DNA of 64,000 nucleotides from Candidatus Sulfotelmatobacter sp. (lineage in GTDB: Bacteria > Acidobacteriota > Terriglobia > Terriglobales > Acidobacteriaceae). This document shows positions 31,421 to 42,536 of this stretch, in pieces. How positions within the stretch are numbered: the first letter of the stretch is position 1; the number at the start of each line of letters is the position of its first letter. The stretch covers positions 5,136-69,135 of the forward strand of contig DATFNR010000059.1 of assembly GCA_035266285.1 (NCBI GenBank), in the 5' to 3' direction. The notes under the pieces were generated by a model. That model did no database searches. It saw nothing but the letters and a program-made list of their open reading frames with translations, and was not told where the DNA came from. The position numbers were made by a program, and so were the translations under genes.

Positions 31421-34400
31421 TCAGAAGCTGAACCGCACCCCCAACTGCGCCGCAAAGGCGGTGCTGCCGGGGGATATTTCGTCATGAGCTCCATAAATGG
31501 AGGGTTGGCCGCCCACCGGTGGGCCAATGAACTGACCTTGCTTAGGAATCGATGTGAGCGGAGCACAGGTCTGCGAAACACTGAGAACGCCACCGACGGG
31601 CGGATCGACCGTGCAACCGGTGACGTTCACAAACCCGGTGTTGTCGGGATTGGAATACAGATTGGCACGGTTGGTCAGGTTGAAGATGTCCGCGACCAAA
31701 CGCAGGTCGTAGCGCTCGCCGAACTTCAGGTCTTTGCTGAGGCGCATGTCCCAGGTGAAGAAATCTGGCTGTCGCGCCGGGTAGCGTGTCAGAAGTGAGA
31801 CCGGTCCGTTGCCGATCTGGATGGTCGGGCGGTCGTTGTTCGAGAACTGGTTGATGACCGTGTCGCCGTTGATATCGGCAGACGAGTACGCCGGATAAGG
31901 GATGCCGCTGTGGGCGATGAAATTGCTGCTCCATGTCAAGCCCCAGGGCAGATCAACGCTTACGCCGGATTTGAACTGATGCGTAATGTCCAGCCCATTC
32001 CTGCCATAGTCGATGTTGATGTTGAACGGATCCTGCGTGCCGAAGAAGGTGTCGGTATCGCGCTCGCTGGAGTCGTTGCTGAAATTCCGCGACCAGGTGT
32101 AGTTGGCGAACCACTCGAAACGGTGGCCGAACCGCTTGTTTACTCCGCCTACAATTTCGTTGTACACGCCGTGGCTAAAGCTGGCCAGCGACAGTGCTCC
32201 CGAGAATGGAGTGAGCGTGCAGTCCAAGGGCAACGGCTCGCCTCCGAATACAAAGACGTTGTTGGCGGGGCACGTAAAGCCACCGGTGCCAGGTCCCGTC
32301 GATCCGATGATGGCGCGCCCGAACTGGTCAGTTCCAATCGGCACCAGGTTTCGCTGCCAATTGGAGGTGCTGAATCCTCCGGTCTTCAGATGCGCTGAGT
32401 TCATGTAGACGTAGTTCACCGAGACAGACCACTCATTGTTGAACTGGTGCTCGACGCCAAAGGTCACATTCGAAACGCGCGGATTGCGCAGGGCCGGGTC
32501 AGCATATTCGATGGCAGGACAGCCAATGGCCGGTGCCGCAAGGGCGCAGAGGCCGCTCGAACCCACGGGAACTGTCTGCGGAAACGTGTACGGAACCTGG
32601 AAGGGAGCAGTCGGGCCCAACCCGCCGGGGGTGCAGAAGAACGCCGGAGTGCAAAACAAGGTCGTGGATTTCGAGCCGCCGCCGTTAGAAACCTGGGGGA
32701 AGAAGATCGTCGGCGTCTGCGCGTAGTACAAGCCCACTGCCGCCCGCACCACCGTGGGATGCTGGGCTGCGCCAAGGCTCCAGGCAATGCCGACACGCGG
32801 ACCCCATTGCTTGAAATCATCGGGGGTTTTTTGGGGAACAGGCGATATCTTGGTGCCGCGGCCGATCGGGCCCACGCCGGTGTAGACCTCTTGCCCGGGG
32901 ATCGGTGTCTGCGGCTGAGGGTTCCACGTACCATCCCAGCGCAGGCCGTAGGTCACCGTCAGATTCGGCTTGGCCTGCCACTTGTCCTGCCAGTAGATTC
33001 CCACTCCGTTCTGATAGTTGGGTTTGAGCGTGTTGGCGGTAAAAGGATCCAGCCCATTCAGGCCAAAGCCCTGAAAGTAGGCGCTGGGGTTCTGATTGTC
33101 GAAGTCGGTGAGACTATTGAAGTTGTACCTGCCCGCGCTCCACCCGGCGAAGACATCTTTTCGATCTACGAACGAGTCCGTGTCTCCGCCGAATTTCATG
33201 TCGTGCTTGGTGAAGGAGTAGGAGAAGTTGTCCTGGATCTGGAGTTTGCCGTTGTCGTTGTTGGCGGGCAGGTAAAAACGCTGCCCGAATTCGCCGGCGC
33301 CGGCGATGGAAATCTCAGGCGCACCGCTGAAAATGGGGTGCCGATTTCGGCCTTCATACTCCACTAAGGCGCGAATCTCATTCACCTTCCTCCCGCGTGC
33401 GGTGGTGAGAGCGAAAACTCCGCTCATCCCCTGGTTCACGAAATCCTCCGTGTCCAGGATCGAGTCGAACGTCTCCGACTGCCCATGACCGCCCGTGAAT
33501 CCACGGGTGTGATTACGCGTACCCAAACCTCTGATGCTGAAGTGATTGGCTTGAGTGATCTGGTAGTCGTAGTGTCCCAGCAGAGTGAAGAAATCCTGGA
33601 ACTGGGTATGGCCGCCTTCCAGCGCTCCGAGGTTGGGTACGCCGTAGCATCCGGGCAGCAGGTGCGTGACGCCGGGAGTGACTCCGGTGCAGGCGGGCGG
33701 CAGAACTTCTGATTGTGTGCCCTGCGCCGCGACCGGAATGATCGGGCCCGCGTCGTTCTGGCACGCCGCATCTCCGTGACAGATGTTCGTGGTCAGAGGA
33801 CCGTTGTTGCGCTGGATATCGGTGGCGAGGAAAAGAAACTGACGGTCCTTGTGGATGGGGAAGCCAATCGATCCGCCGAACTGATTTTGCCAGTTGATGC
33901 TCGAGGGATTGCCCAGCGCGTCGTTTTTGCTCAAGCCCCCGCCGCGATAGTATTCGTGCGCTTCGCCGTGAACGTTGTTCGTCCCGGACTTGGTGACGAC
34001 GTTCAGTAGTCCTCCGGTGGCCCGGCCAAACTCTGGAGCGAACCCATTCGTGACCACCTGAAATTCCTGCACCGCCTCAATGGGCACGGTCAGGTTCTTG
34101 GTCTCGAGCGAGCCGAAGTTCTCGCCGAAATAATTGTTGGTAGTGTCGGCTCCATCAATTACCAGCCCGCTATAGTCGCTCTGTTGTCCACCCAGACGGA
34201 TGCCGCCGCGCAAGCCCGGAACCACCTGCGCCGACGGGGTCAACTGCGCGAGGTCACGATAATCCCGGCCGGGAAAGGGCAAAGTCTCGAGACTCTTGGC
34301 ATCCATCAACTGGCTGATTCCCGCGGTCGAGGTGTCCACGGCCTCGATGTTTGCATTCACCGTTACCGATTCCTGCGCCGACTTGAGCGGCATGTTCACG

Positions 34401-34714
34401 TCGAGCGGAACCGATGTTCCCACGTTGACCACGATGCCGGTCACTGTGGTGATTGCGAAGCCTTGCGCCTCGGCGACCAGCGCGTACTCGCCCGGCGGCA
34501 CCGCCTCAAAATCGTACCCGCCGTCCGCCGTCGTATTCAGTTCCCGGCGAAAGCCTGTCGACGGGTTCGTCAGCGTAACCTTGGCGGTGGCAACCACCGC
34601 ATGGGACGCGTCGTACACGGTGCCGTGGACGGCGCCGCGCTCCAACGTCTGCGCGAGGCAGTACGTGCTCATCACCAGCAGCATCCCGAGCAAAGTCATC
34701 CTAGCAACACGCAT
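31421..34714 (-). CDS. TonB-dependent-receptor-like outer membrane protein with N-terminal carboxypeptidase-regulatory-like domain
   Basis: 1098 aa from the ATG at 34712-34714 (MRVARMTLLGMLLVMSTYCLAQ, a signal peptide). The CarboxypepD_reg-like stretch reads GAVHGTVYDASHAVVATAKVTLTNPSTG...ADGGYDFEAVPPGEY. A plug-like region and a long beta-barrel follow, ending in ...LGVRFSF (terminal aromatic residue). The longer track ORF overlaps rbsK and is rejected. Confidence 0.8.
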   Translation of the reverse strand: MRVARMTLLGMLLVMSTYCLAQTLERGAVHGTVYDASHAVVATAKVTLTNPSTGFRRELNTTADGGYDFEAVPPGEYALVAEAQGFAITTVTGIVVNVGTSVPLDVNMPLKSAQESVTVNANIEAVDTSTAGISQLMDAKSLETLPFPGRDYRDLAQLTPSAQVVPGLRGGIRLGGQQSDYSGLVIDGADTTNNYFGENFGSLETKNLTVPIEAVQEFQVVTNGFAPEFGRATGGLLNVVTKSGTNNVHGEAHEYYRGGGLSKNDALGNPSSINWQNQFGGSIGFPIHKDRQFLFLATDIQRNNGPLTTNICHGDAACQNDAGPIIPVAAQGTQSEVLPPACTGVTPGVTHLLPGCYGVPNLGALEGGHTQFQDFFTLLGHYDYQITQANHFSIRGLGTRNHTRGFTGGHGQSETFDSILDTEDFVNQGMSGVFALTTARGRKVNEIRALVEYEGRNRHPIFSGAPEISIAGAGEFGQRFYLPANNDNGKLQIQDNFSYSFTKHDMKFGGDTDSFVDRKDVFAGWSAGRYNFNSLTDFDNQNPSAYFQGFGLNGLDPFTANTLKPNYQNGVGIYWQDKWQAKPNLTVTYGLRWDGTWNPQPQTPIPGQEVYTGVGPIGRGTKISPVPQKTPDDFKQWGPRVGIAWSLGAAQHPTVVRAAVGLYYAQTPTIFFPQVSNGGGSKSTTLFCTPAFFCTPGGLGPTAPFQVPYTFPQTVPVGSSGLCALAAPAIGCPAIEYADPALRNPRVSNVTFGVEHQFNNEWSVSVNYVYMNSAHLKTGGFSTSNWQRNLVPIGTDQFGRAIIGSTGPGTGGFTCPANNVFVFGGEPLPLDCTLTPFSGALSLASFSHGVYNEIVGGVNKRFGHRFEWFANYTWSRNFSNDSSERDTDTFFGTQDPFNINIDYGRNGLDITHQFKSGVSVDLPWGLTWSSNFIAHSGIPYPAYSSADINGDTVINQFSNNDRPTIQIGNGPVSLLTRYPARQPDFFTWDMRLSKDLKFGERYDLRLVADIFNLTNRANLYSNPDNTGFVNVTGCTVDPPVGGVLSVSQTCAPLTSIPKQGQFIGPPVGGQPSIYGAHDEISPGSTAFAAQLGVRFSF

Positions 34715-34840
34715 CTCCAGCCTCCAGGCAAGAAACGATCCGATCCCTCTTGGGTTGATTCCGGCCACAAAATGCCCCAGCACCCGGCCAGGCGCTAGGG
34801 TGGGAAACAAAGCGACTAATATAAAACCATTAAGCGCTGC

Positions 34841-34869
34841 ATTAGACTGCCTCACCGGTGTAGTGTCAA
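34841..34869 (-). promoter_or_regulatory. Candidate sigma-70-type promoter for the TonB-dependent receptor gene
   Basis: The minus strand reads TTGACA, a 17-nt spacer, then TCTAAT, about 125 nt upstream of the ATG. This is a pattern match only. Confidence 0.3.
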
Positions 34870-34934
34870 GTGCATTCTTCGCCGTTACTGTTTTCAATCG
34901 GATGCTGGAATCGCTCCAGCCAAAACTCGCGCGG

Positions 34935-35864
34935 CTAGCGCCGCGCGTTCCACTCCGCATCGAAGCGCGCGCGATCGTAGAATGATTTCTGAGTTCCCAC
35001 GCCTGTGGTCGAGAGTCCGGCGTAGAGATTGGCGCGGCGCACCGCTTCTCTCTCCGGCACGCCTTCGGCGAGAAATACCGCAAAGCTGCCGATGAACGCA
35101 TCACCCGCACCGGTGCTGTCCACGCTTTTCACCGCGAACGCTGCCACGTGCTCGCTTTCGTCGCGGCTCGCCAGCAGCGATCCGTTCGCTCCCAGCGTGA
35201 TGATCACACGGCGAATGCCGGCCTTCAGCAGGTCGTCGGCGCACTTCTTCGCGTCGTCAACATTTTTCACCGGGGAGCCGGCAATCGTCTCCGCTTCATG
35301 CTCATTGGGCACAAAATAGTCGAGGTCTTTGAGCGCGGCCATGTCGACCGGTTGCGCCGGGGCAGGATTCAGAATGCAGCGGATCCCATGCTTCCGCGCG
35401 AAGGCTATCGTGTAATACACCGTCTCCAGCGGAATTTCGAACTGCAGGACGACGCAGTCGGCCGATTTCAGCGTTTCGGCCGCCGCGTCCACGTCGGCCG
35501 GCTTGACCGCGTCGTTCGCGCCTTTCACCACCAGAATCCGGTTCTGCCCGCTCGGCTCGACAAAAATGGGCGCCACGCCGCTCGACATTCCCTCCACCTG
35601 CTTCACATGCGTAGGATCGATTCCCTGCTTGCGGAAGTTCTCGATGGTCGCCGGGCCGAACAAGTCGCTGCCCACACGCGCCACCATGAAGACCTCAGCG
35701 CCGCACAAACGAGCGGCGACAGCCTGATTCGCGCCCTTGCCGCCGAAGCCGAGATCGAATTTCTGTCCAAAGATGGTCTCGCCCGGCTTGGGAAAGCGGT
35801 CCGCGAACGTGGTCAGGTCAATGTTGGCGCTGCCAACCACCGCAATGCGAGGGCGTTTGGGCAT
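34935..35864 (-). CDS. rbsK: Ribokinase
   Basis: 309 aa containing IAVVGSANIDL, GGKGANQAVAAARLG and GAGDAFIGSFA, the PfkB/ribokinase signatures. Confidence 0.88.
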   Translation of the reverse strand: MPKRPRIAVVGSANIDLTTFADRFPKPGETIFGQKFDLGFGGKGANQAVAARLCGAEVFMVARVGSDLFGPATIENFRKQGIDPTHVKQVEGMSSGVAPIFVEPSGQNRILVVKGANDAVKPADVDAAAETLKSADCVVLQFEIPLETVYYTIAFARKHGIRCILNPAPAQPVDMAALKDLDYFVPNEHEAETIAGSPVKNVDDAKKCADDLLKAGIRRVIITLGANGSLLASRDESEHVAAFAVKSVDSTGAGDAFIGSFAVFLAEGVPEREAVRRANLYAGLSTTGVGTQKSFYDRARFDAEWNARR

Positions 35865-35939
35865 AGACTCGACTCGGCGAAGAAAACAGGCAGAGTGTAT
35901 TGACCGCAGAGATCGATGTCAACGCGATCCACTTCGTTT

Positions 35940-36020
35940 GCCACGGATTCACACGGACCAACACGGATCGCGCTCTTTGCCTGCTCGTTCCATCCTTGGA
36001 ATCCGCGTGAATCCGTGGCA
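35940..36020. repeat. GC-rich palindromic element (family M): GCCACGGATTCACACGG...CCGCGTGAATCCGTGGC
   Basis: The outer arms are complementary over about 17 bp. It lies in the rbsK / beta-ureidopropionase divergent region. Confidence 0.6.
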
Positions 36021-36079
36021 AAAGAATTTTCCGGCGCTTCTGTTATATTTCCTTTCTCAGCCCGTCCTGGAGGTCCCCC

Positions 36080-36973
36080 ATGCCCCGCAACGTCCGCTGC
36101 GCCCTCATTCAAGCCAGCAACGCGCTCTCCACCGAGCGCCCGCTCGCGCAGATTCGCAAGGCAATGATCGACAAGCATCTCAAGCTGATCGAGCAGGCCG
36201 CGCGCAAGAAAACACAAATCCTCTGCCTGCAGGAACTTTTCTACGGCCCGTATTTCTGCGCCGAGCAAAACGCGCGTTGGTACGAACTGACCGAGCCGGT
36301 GCCCGACGGGCCGACGACCAGGCTCATGCAGAAAATCGCCGCCAAGCATCGCATGGTGATCGTGGTTCCGGTGTACGAAGAGCACATGCCCGGCGTTTAC
36401 TTCAACACTGCCGCCGTCATCGATGCCGACGGCCGCTACCTCGGCAAATATCGCAAGCACCACATTCCGCACTGCCATCCCGGATTCTGGGAGAAGTTCT
36501 ATTTCACGCCGGGAGATCTCGGCTATCCCGTGTTTGAAACGAAATACGCCCGCGTCGGCGTATACATCTGCTACGACCGTCACTTCCCCGAGGGCGCGCG
36601 CGTTCTGGGGCTCAACGGCGCCGAGATCGTCTTCAATCCTTCAGCGACAGTCGCGGGGCTTTCCGAATACTTGTGGGAACTGGAGCAGCCTGCGCACGCC
36701 GTGGCCAACGGATACTTCGTTGCCGCGATCAATCGCGTGGGCACCGAAAAGCCGTGGAGCATCGGCGAGTTCTACGGCAAGAGCTATTTTTGCAATCCGC
36801 GAGGCAAGATCATCGCCCAGGCCAGCCGCGATAAGGACGAAGTCGTGGTCGCCGATCTCGATCTCGACATGATCTCCGAAGTCCGCAAGGTGTGGCAGTT
36901 CTTCCGCGACCGGCGTCCGGAAACCTACGGTCCGCTAACTACCGTGAGCGGAACGGCAGCCGCCGCGGATTGA
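36080..36973 (+). CDS. Beta-ureidopropionase (N-carbamoyl-beta-alanine amidohydrolase), nitrilase superfamily
   Basis: 297 aa. CLQELFYGPYFC, PDGPTTRLMQKIAAKH, VGVYICYDRHFPE (catalytic Cys), EIVFNPSATV and AINRVGTE are collinear with animal UPB1 as I recall it. Confidence 0.82.
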   Translation: MPRNVRCALIQASNALSTERPLAQIRKAMIDKHLKLIEQAARKKTQILCLQELFYGPYFCAEQNARWYELTEPVPDGPTTRLMQKIAAKHRMVIVVPVYEEHMPGVYFNTAAVIDADGRYLGKYRKHHIPHCHPGFWEKFYFTPGDLGYPVFETKYARVGVYICYDRHFPEGARVLGLNGAEIVFNPSATVAGLSEYLWELEQPAHAVANGYFVAAINRVGTEKPWSIGEFYGKSYFCNPRGKIIAQASRDKDEVVVADLDLDMISEVRKVWQFFRDRRPETYGPLTTVSGTAAAAD

Positions 36974-36974
36974 T

Positions 36975-37126
36975 GTAGGGGCGGACGCATTCGTCCGCCC
37001 AGCGGAGCACCGCGACGCGTCGGGCATCGACGCGTCCGACATTGTGGATTTCGAATTCGGCGCACTCGCCTCCAGCACTCGAGATTGCGCTGGCGCGCAA
37101 CCCCGGACGGGGGCGTCCGGGGCTAC
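36975..37126. repeat. Composite GC-rich element (family G, copy 1): GTAGGGGCGGACGnnnTCGTCCGCCC ... CCCCGGACGnnnnCGTCCGGGGCTAC
   Basis: Hairpin 1 has stem GGGCGGACG/CGTCCGCCC at 36978-37000. Hairpin 2 is CCCCGGACG/CGTCCGGGG at 37101-37122. The same two terminal hairpins, in the same order and at similar spacing, occur at 38549-38697. Confidence 0.7.
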
Positions 37127-37134
37127 ACGAACAA

Positions 37135-38538
37135 ATGATCGCACCGGCTCTTTCATCCCGCGCCCAGTCCAGCCCGCTCTACAACCCCGACCTCGCGCCG
37201 GCGAGCGCCGAACGCCGCCACTGGGGCACGTACAACTTCGCCGCGCTCTGGATCTCGATGTCGGTCAACATCCTCACCTACATGTTGGCCGCCAGCCTGA
37301 TTCAGGGAGGCATGAACTGGAAGCAGGCCGTCACCACGATTTTTCTGGGCAACGTCATCGTGCTCGTGCCCATGCTCTTGAATTCGCACCCCGGCGCCAA
37401 GTACGGCATCCCGTTCCCGGTGTTGGCGCGCGCGTCGTTCGGAGTGCTCGGCGCAAACGTGGCTGCCGTGTTGCGCGCGCTCGTGGCCTGTGGATGGTTC
37501 GGCATTCAGGCCTGGATCGGCGGCGAGGCCATCAGTACTTTGCTGGCAACGCTCATTCCCTCGTGGAAGAATTTCGCGTATGGCAGCGCCGTTTGTTTCC
37601 TGATCTTCTGGCTGATCAACCTTTGGGTCGTGCTCGAAGGCATCGAATACATCCGCATACTGCAGGGCATCAGTGCGCCGATTCTTCTTGGCGTCGGCCT
37701 GCTTCTGCTGGGCTGGGCTTATCACTCGGCCGGTGGATTTGGGCCGATGCTTTCGGTGCCGTCGCGCCTCACGAATTTTCCGGATTTTCTGAAGTTCCTC
37801 ATCCCCGCGCTCAACGGCACGGTTGGCTTCTGGGCGACGGTATCGCTGAACATTCCCGACTTCACGCGTTTCGCGCGCAATCAGCGGGAGCAGGTGATCG
37901 GACAGGCGCTGGCTCTACCCACCACGATGACACTCTACGCATTCGTCGGAATCGTGGTGACCTCGGCGACGGTCGTCATCTACGGGACGGCGATCTGGGA
38001 TCCGGTTCAGCTGTTGAGCCGGTTTCACTCGCCCGTCGCCGTGGTGATTTCTCTGATTGCGATTGTGCTGGCCACGCTCAACGTCAACATCGGAGCCAAC
38101 GTGGTTTCCCCGGCCAATGATTTTTCCAATCTCTGGCCGCAGAAAATCAACTTCCGCACCGGCGGTGTCATCACCTGCTTCATGGGCGTCGCGCTGATGC
38201 CCTGGAAGTTGCTGGCGAACTACAAGACGTTCATCCTCGGCTGGCTGGGCGGCTACGCGGCCTTTCTCGGACCCGTGGCGGGCATCATGATCTGCGATTA
38301 CTTCGTAATCCGGCGGCGCGTGCTGGTGCTGGATGATCTGTATCTGCGCGGCGGGATCTATGAATATTCCCGCGGATTCAACTGGCGCGCGGTGATCGCA
38401 CTGGCGTTAGGGGCGGGCACGGCATTGGCGGGATTGGCAATTCCATCCGTCCGCGTGCTCTATGACTACTCGTGGTTCGTAGGATTCACGGTGTCGTTCG
38501 CGGCGTATTACGGGATGATGACCAGCCAGCGAGACTAG
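37135..38538 (+). CDS. NCS1-family nucleobase/hydantoin:cation symporter
   Basis: About 467 aa from the ATG at 37135, with a 12-TM profile. The N-terminal LYNPDLAPASAERRHWGTYNFAALW is typical of allantoin/uracil/hydantoin permeases. Confidence 0.85.
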   Translation: MIAPALSSRAQSSPLYNPDLAPASAERRHWGTYNFAALWISMSVNILTYMLAASLIQGGMNWKQAVTTIFLGNVIVLVPMLLNSHPGAKYGIPFPVLARASFGVLGANVAAVLRALVACGWFGIQAWIGGEAISTLLATLIPSWKNFAYGSAVCFLIFWLINLWVVLEGIEYIRILQGISAPILLGVGLLLLGWAYHSAGGFGPMLSVPSRLTNFPDFLKFLIPALNGTVGFWATVSLNIPDFTRFARNQREQVIGQALALPTTMTLYAFVGIVVTSATVVIYGTAIWDPVQLLSRFHSPVAVVISLIAIVLATLNVNIGANVVSPANDFSNLWPQKINFRTGGVITCFMGVALMPWKLLANYKTFILGWLGGYAAFLGPVAGIMICDYFVIRRRVLVLDDLYLRGGIYEYSRGFNWRAVIALALGAGTALAGLAIPSVRVLYDYSWFVGFTVSFAAYYGMMTSQRD

Positions 38539-38548
38539 ATCGGGCCGC

Positions 38549-38697
38549 GTAGGGGCGGACGCCCTCGTCCGCCCTGCGGAGCAAGGCTCCGCATTGAGGG
38601 CATGGAATGACTCAACAATCCACGCGACGTGCTCCCCGGTAGTGGGCGACTTTCAGCCCGCTACCAGCTTCCCCCGGACGAAGGCGTCCGGGGCTAC
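38549..38697. repeat. Composite family G element, copy 2
   Basis: GTAGGGGCGGACGCCCTCGTCCGCCCTGCGGAGCA ... CCCCGGACGAAGGCGTCCGGGGCTAC. It is a direct-orientation partner of 36975-37126, and the two bracket the NCS1 gene. Confidence 0.7.
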
Positions 38698-38705
38698 GTG
38701 CTTCT

Positions 38706-39701
38706 TTATGATTTCAAGAATTTCGGCAGGACATCGCGCTGATATGTCTTCAGAATCTGCTCTTCGTCGCCGCCCATCAGATAAATATTGAACTGGGTCA
38801 CGCCCGCCTTCGCCAGCTCGCGCAGCTTTTTCTGATGCGCGTCGGCATTCCCCAGCAGGCAGAAGCGGTCGATCACTTCGTCGGAGACGAACTCCGCGTT
38901 GTCGCTGCCGACTTCACAATGATGCTGATAGTCGTAGTGTCCGCGATCCTGCACATACGAAGTGAGGGCGGCAGGCAGTTCCTCCGGCTTGTACTGACGA
39001 ATCAGATCCATCACGTGATTCGACACCAGAGCCGGAAACCAGCGCACGCGCTCACGCCCTGCCTTCAAGTCGTCGGAGACCCAGACCGGGGACGCCGCCA
39101 TGACTTCGATCTTCCCGAAATCCCGTCCCGCGGCCTTCGCGCCGTCTTTCACAAAGCCAAGGCACCACTCGATCAGCGCCGGATCAGCAAACTGCAGAAT
39201 GATGCCGTCGGCGACGCGTCCGGCCATGTGCAGAACTTTCGGGCCGTATCCTGCGACCCACACCCGCGGCGGAATCTTGGCCCAGGTGAGCCGCGTGGGC
39301 TGGCCGTCGTGCTGCACTTCTTTGCCGCTGGTGAGATCGCGGAATTCCTTCACCGCCGCTTCCAGATGCGACCAGCTCACAGGCTTTTTGCCCAGCACGC
39401 GCCGCGAACTGTCGCCGCGACCGATGCCCAGTTCCATGCGGCCGCCGGAAATCAGGTTGAGCGTGGCGAACAGACTGGCCGTCACCGTGAGATCGCGCGT
39501 CGCCGGATTGGTGACGCAGGTGCCGATGCGCATCCTCTTCGTGTTGGCCGCGATCAGGGTCATCAGAGGGTACGGCTCCATCCACAGCACATGCGAATCG
39601 AACATCCAGCCGTACTCGAAGCCGGCGGCCTCGGCCTGCCGCATCAGGCCAACGATGCGTTCGACGGAAATATCAGGCTTGATGGTGATTCCGAATTTCA
39701 T
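38706..39701 (-). CDS. Luciferase-like (LLM class) flavin/F420-type oxidoreductase, Mer-like
   Basis: 332 aa from the ATG at 39699-39701. MKFGITIKPD...GFEYGWMFDSHVLW...RMRIGTCVTNPATRD...SGGRMELGIGRGDS has the composition of the methylene-H4MPT reductase / F420-dependent LLM subgroup. It is divergently paired with the dihydropyrimidinase gene. Confidence 0.75.
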   Translation of the reverse strand: MKFGITIKPDISVERIVGLMRQAEAAGFEYGWMFDSHVLWMEPYPLMTLIAANTKRMRIGTCVTNPATRDLTVTASLFATLNLISGGRMELGIGRGDSSRRVLGKKPVSWSHLEAAVKEFRDLTSGKEVQHDGQPTRLTWAKIPPRVWVAGYGPKVLHMAGRVADGIILQFADPALIEWCLGFVKDGAKAAGRDFGKIEVMAASPVWVSDDLKAGRERVRWFPALVSNHVMDLIRQYKPEELPAALTSYVQDRGHYDYQHHCEVGSDNAEFVSDEVIDRFCLLGNADAHQKKLRELAKAGVTQFNIYLMGGDEEQILKTYQRDVLPKFLKS

Positions 39702-39798
39702 GGCCCCTTCACGATCTACTGAGGAGTTGAGGAGCGGCAGTGTAGCATAGAATTCCGGTTTGCATCTTCGAGCGGTTCGTCGCCCAGGGAGGACTCTG

Positions 39799-41205
<1,407 letters not shown>

Positions 41206-41369
41206 GCGAAATTTCGAGACGAATCGCGTTGGCGCAATCTGCCCGCTTCGTGGAATGCCTCGCGCCGACGTTTAGGAACCCGCCCATGGGTTTGCAGGCA
41301 CGCGCTCGACCGTGAGGTCGAAGATGTTTCGGGCGCGTCTACGGGCCAGTTAAATCGATTTACCTTCCG

Positions 41370-41377
41370 GATTTAAA
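41370..41377. repeat. Left 8-bp target-site duplication GATTTAAA
   Basis: An identical octamer directly abuts the right inverted repeat at 43553-43560. Confidence 0.8.
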
Positions 41378-41426
41378 GGCAATAAACTAGTTGACACACA
41401 TGTGCGCTTGGTGTATAAATTGCAGT

Positions 41427-42473
41427 ATGGAAGCCACAAAACATACCCCAGCGCCGCAAACCCTTCAAGAAGCAATAGCTTACTTCGCTGATCCTGATCG
41501 CTGCTTTGAGTTTGCCAAGAAACTCCGCTGGCCGGACGGCAATGTGGTCTGCCCACGGTGCGGAGAGGCTAAAAACTCGTTCGTCAAGACGCGCCGTCTG
41601 TGGTTCTGCTACGCCTGCAAGAAGCAGTTCACGATTAAGGTCAAGACGATCATGGAAGATTCGCCCATCACTCTCGACAAGTGGATGGCAGCGTTCTGGA
41701 TGCTGGCGAACTGCCGCAACGGGATCAGCAGTCACGAACTGGGGCGGTCGCTTGGAGTAACGCAAACGACGGCATGGTTTATGTTGCACCGCATCCGCGA
41801 AGTCATGGGCGGCAAAACGAAGAAAGGCAAAATGAGCGGCGGGAGCGGCGGTTCGTTTGAAGTGGATGAAACCTTTGTCGGCCCGGTTCCCAAGAATATG
41901 CACCGTGGTCGCCGTGAAAAGATGATGCGGCAAATGCGCGACGAGCGCGGAACCGAGTACGGCAGATTCAGCAGCAAGGTGGCCGTTCAGGGCATCTTCA
42001 ATCGCAATCTGCGGCAGGTACGTGCCAAGGTAATGCCGAACGTAAAGCGCGAAGCGTTGCAAGAGGAAGTGTTCCGCAACATCCCGTTCGGCTCCACGAT
42101 CTACACCGATAACGCCGTAGCCTATGACAAGCTGCGCGTCGGATACGTGCATGATGTGGTTAATCATGCTGAGCGCTATGTGGACGGCGAGATTCACACT
42201 AACGGCCTTGAGAATTTCTGGTCGCTGCTCAAGCGGACGCTGCGCGGCACTTACGTTGCTGTGGAACCTTTCCATCTTGACCATTACCTAGACGAACAAG
42301 TTTTTCGGTTCAACAATCGCAAAGATCGCACCCGGAAGATCAGCGACAAAGAACGCTTCACAAGAGTCATGTCCCAAGTGTTCGGCAAGCGTCTCACGTA
42401 TGCCGAACTGACAGGTAAGGACGGATCGCCGCGCCACGAAACGACAGGGACGCGGACAGCGGAACCGTTCTAG
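41427..42473 (+). CDS. IS1595-family transposase (N-terminal zinc ribbon plus DDE domain)
   Basis: CPRCGEAKNSF...WFCYACKKQFT is the zinc ribbon. VDETFVG, IYTDNAVAYDKL and HTNGLENFWSLLKR are the DDE_Tnp_IS1595 pattern. I chose the ATG at 41427, because the track start at 41391 lies inside the IR. Confidence 0.88.
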   Translation: MEATKHTPAPQTLQEAIAYFADPDRCFEFAKKLRWPDGNVVCPRCGEAKNSFVKTRRLWFCYACKKQFTIKVKTIMEDSPITLDKWMAAFWMLANCRNGISSHELGRSLGVTQTTAWFMLHRIREVMGGKTKKGKMSGGSGGSFEVDETFVGPVPKNMHRGRREKMMRQMRDERGTEYGRFSSKVAVQGIFNRNLRQVRAKVMPNVKREALQEEVFRNIPFGSTIYTDNAVAYDKLRVGYVHDVVNHAERYVDGEIHTNGLENFWSLLKRTLRGTYVAVEPFHLDHYLDEQVFRFNNRKDRTRKISDKERFTRVMSQVFGKRLTYAELTGKDGSPRHETTGTRTAEPF

Positions 42474-42504
42474 TCCTTGTCGGATTTCTTCGGCTTCCTT
42501 CGAG

Positions 42505-42536
42505 AAGAAGCAGGTTTAGCCTGCTTCTTTTTCTTT
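42505..42536 (+). terminator. Rho-independent terminator-like hairpin after the transposase gene
   Basis: The stem is AAGAAGCAGG / CCTGCTTCTT with loop TTTAG, followed by a T-run (TTTTTCTTT). Confidence 0.5.

Noticed and set aside
34715-35110. N-terminal extensions of ORF-track entries: the TonB-receptor ORF extended to 35110, plus 10289-10333, 15606-15695, 18368-18553, 19178-19297, 37042-37134, 39702-39839, 52916-53158, 55544-55729, 58791-58925 and 60200-60262.
   Set aside because: The extensions overlap the preceding same-strand gene or read straight through intergenic repeat elements. Internal ATGs give N-termini that match the family (signal peptides or conserved first motifs), often with a Shine-Dalgarno-like sequence.
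39702-39798. A sigma-54 promoter (TGGCAC-N5-TTGC) in the LLM/hydA divergent region and in other intergenic gaps of the catabolic clusters, prompted by the nearby TTGCAT.
   Set aside because: No GG element sits at the correct 10-11 nt spacing upstream of any TTGC that I inspected by eye. A computational scan is still needed to rule it out.
41373-42284. A 303-codon minus-strand ORF antisense to the IS1595 transposase.
   Set aside because: The plus-strand frame carries the complete zinc-ribbon and DDE_Tnp_IS1595 motif series. The antisense frame has none and would start inside the inverted repeat.
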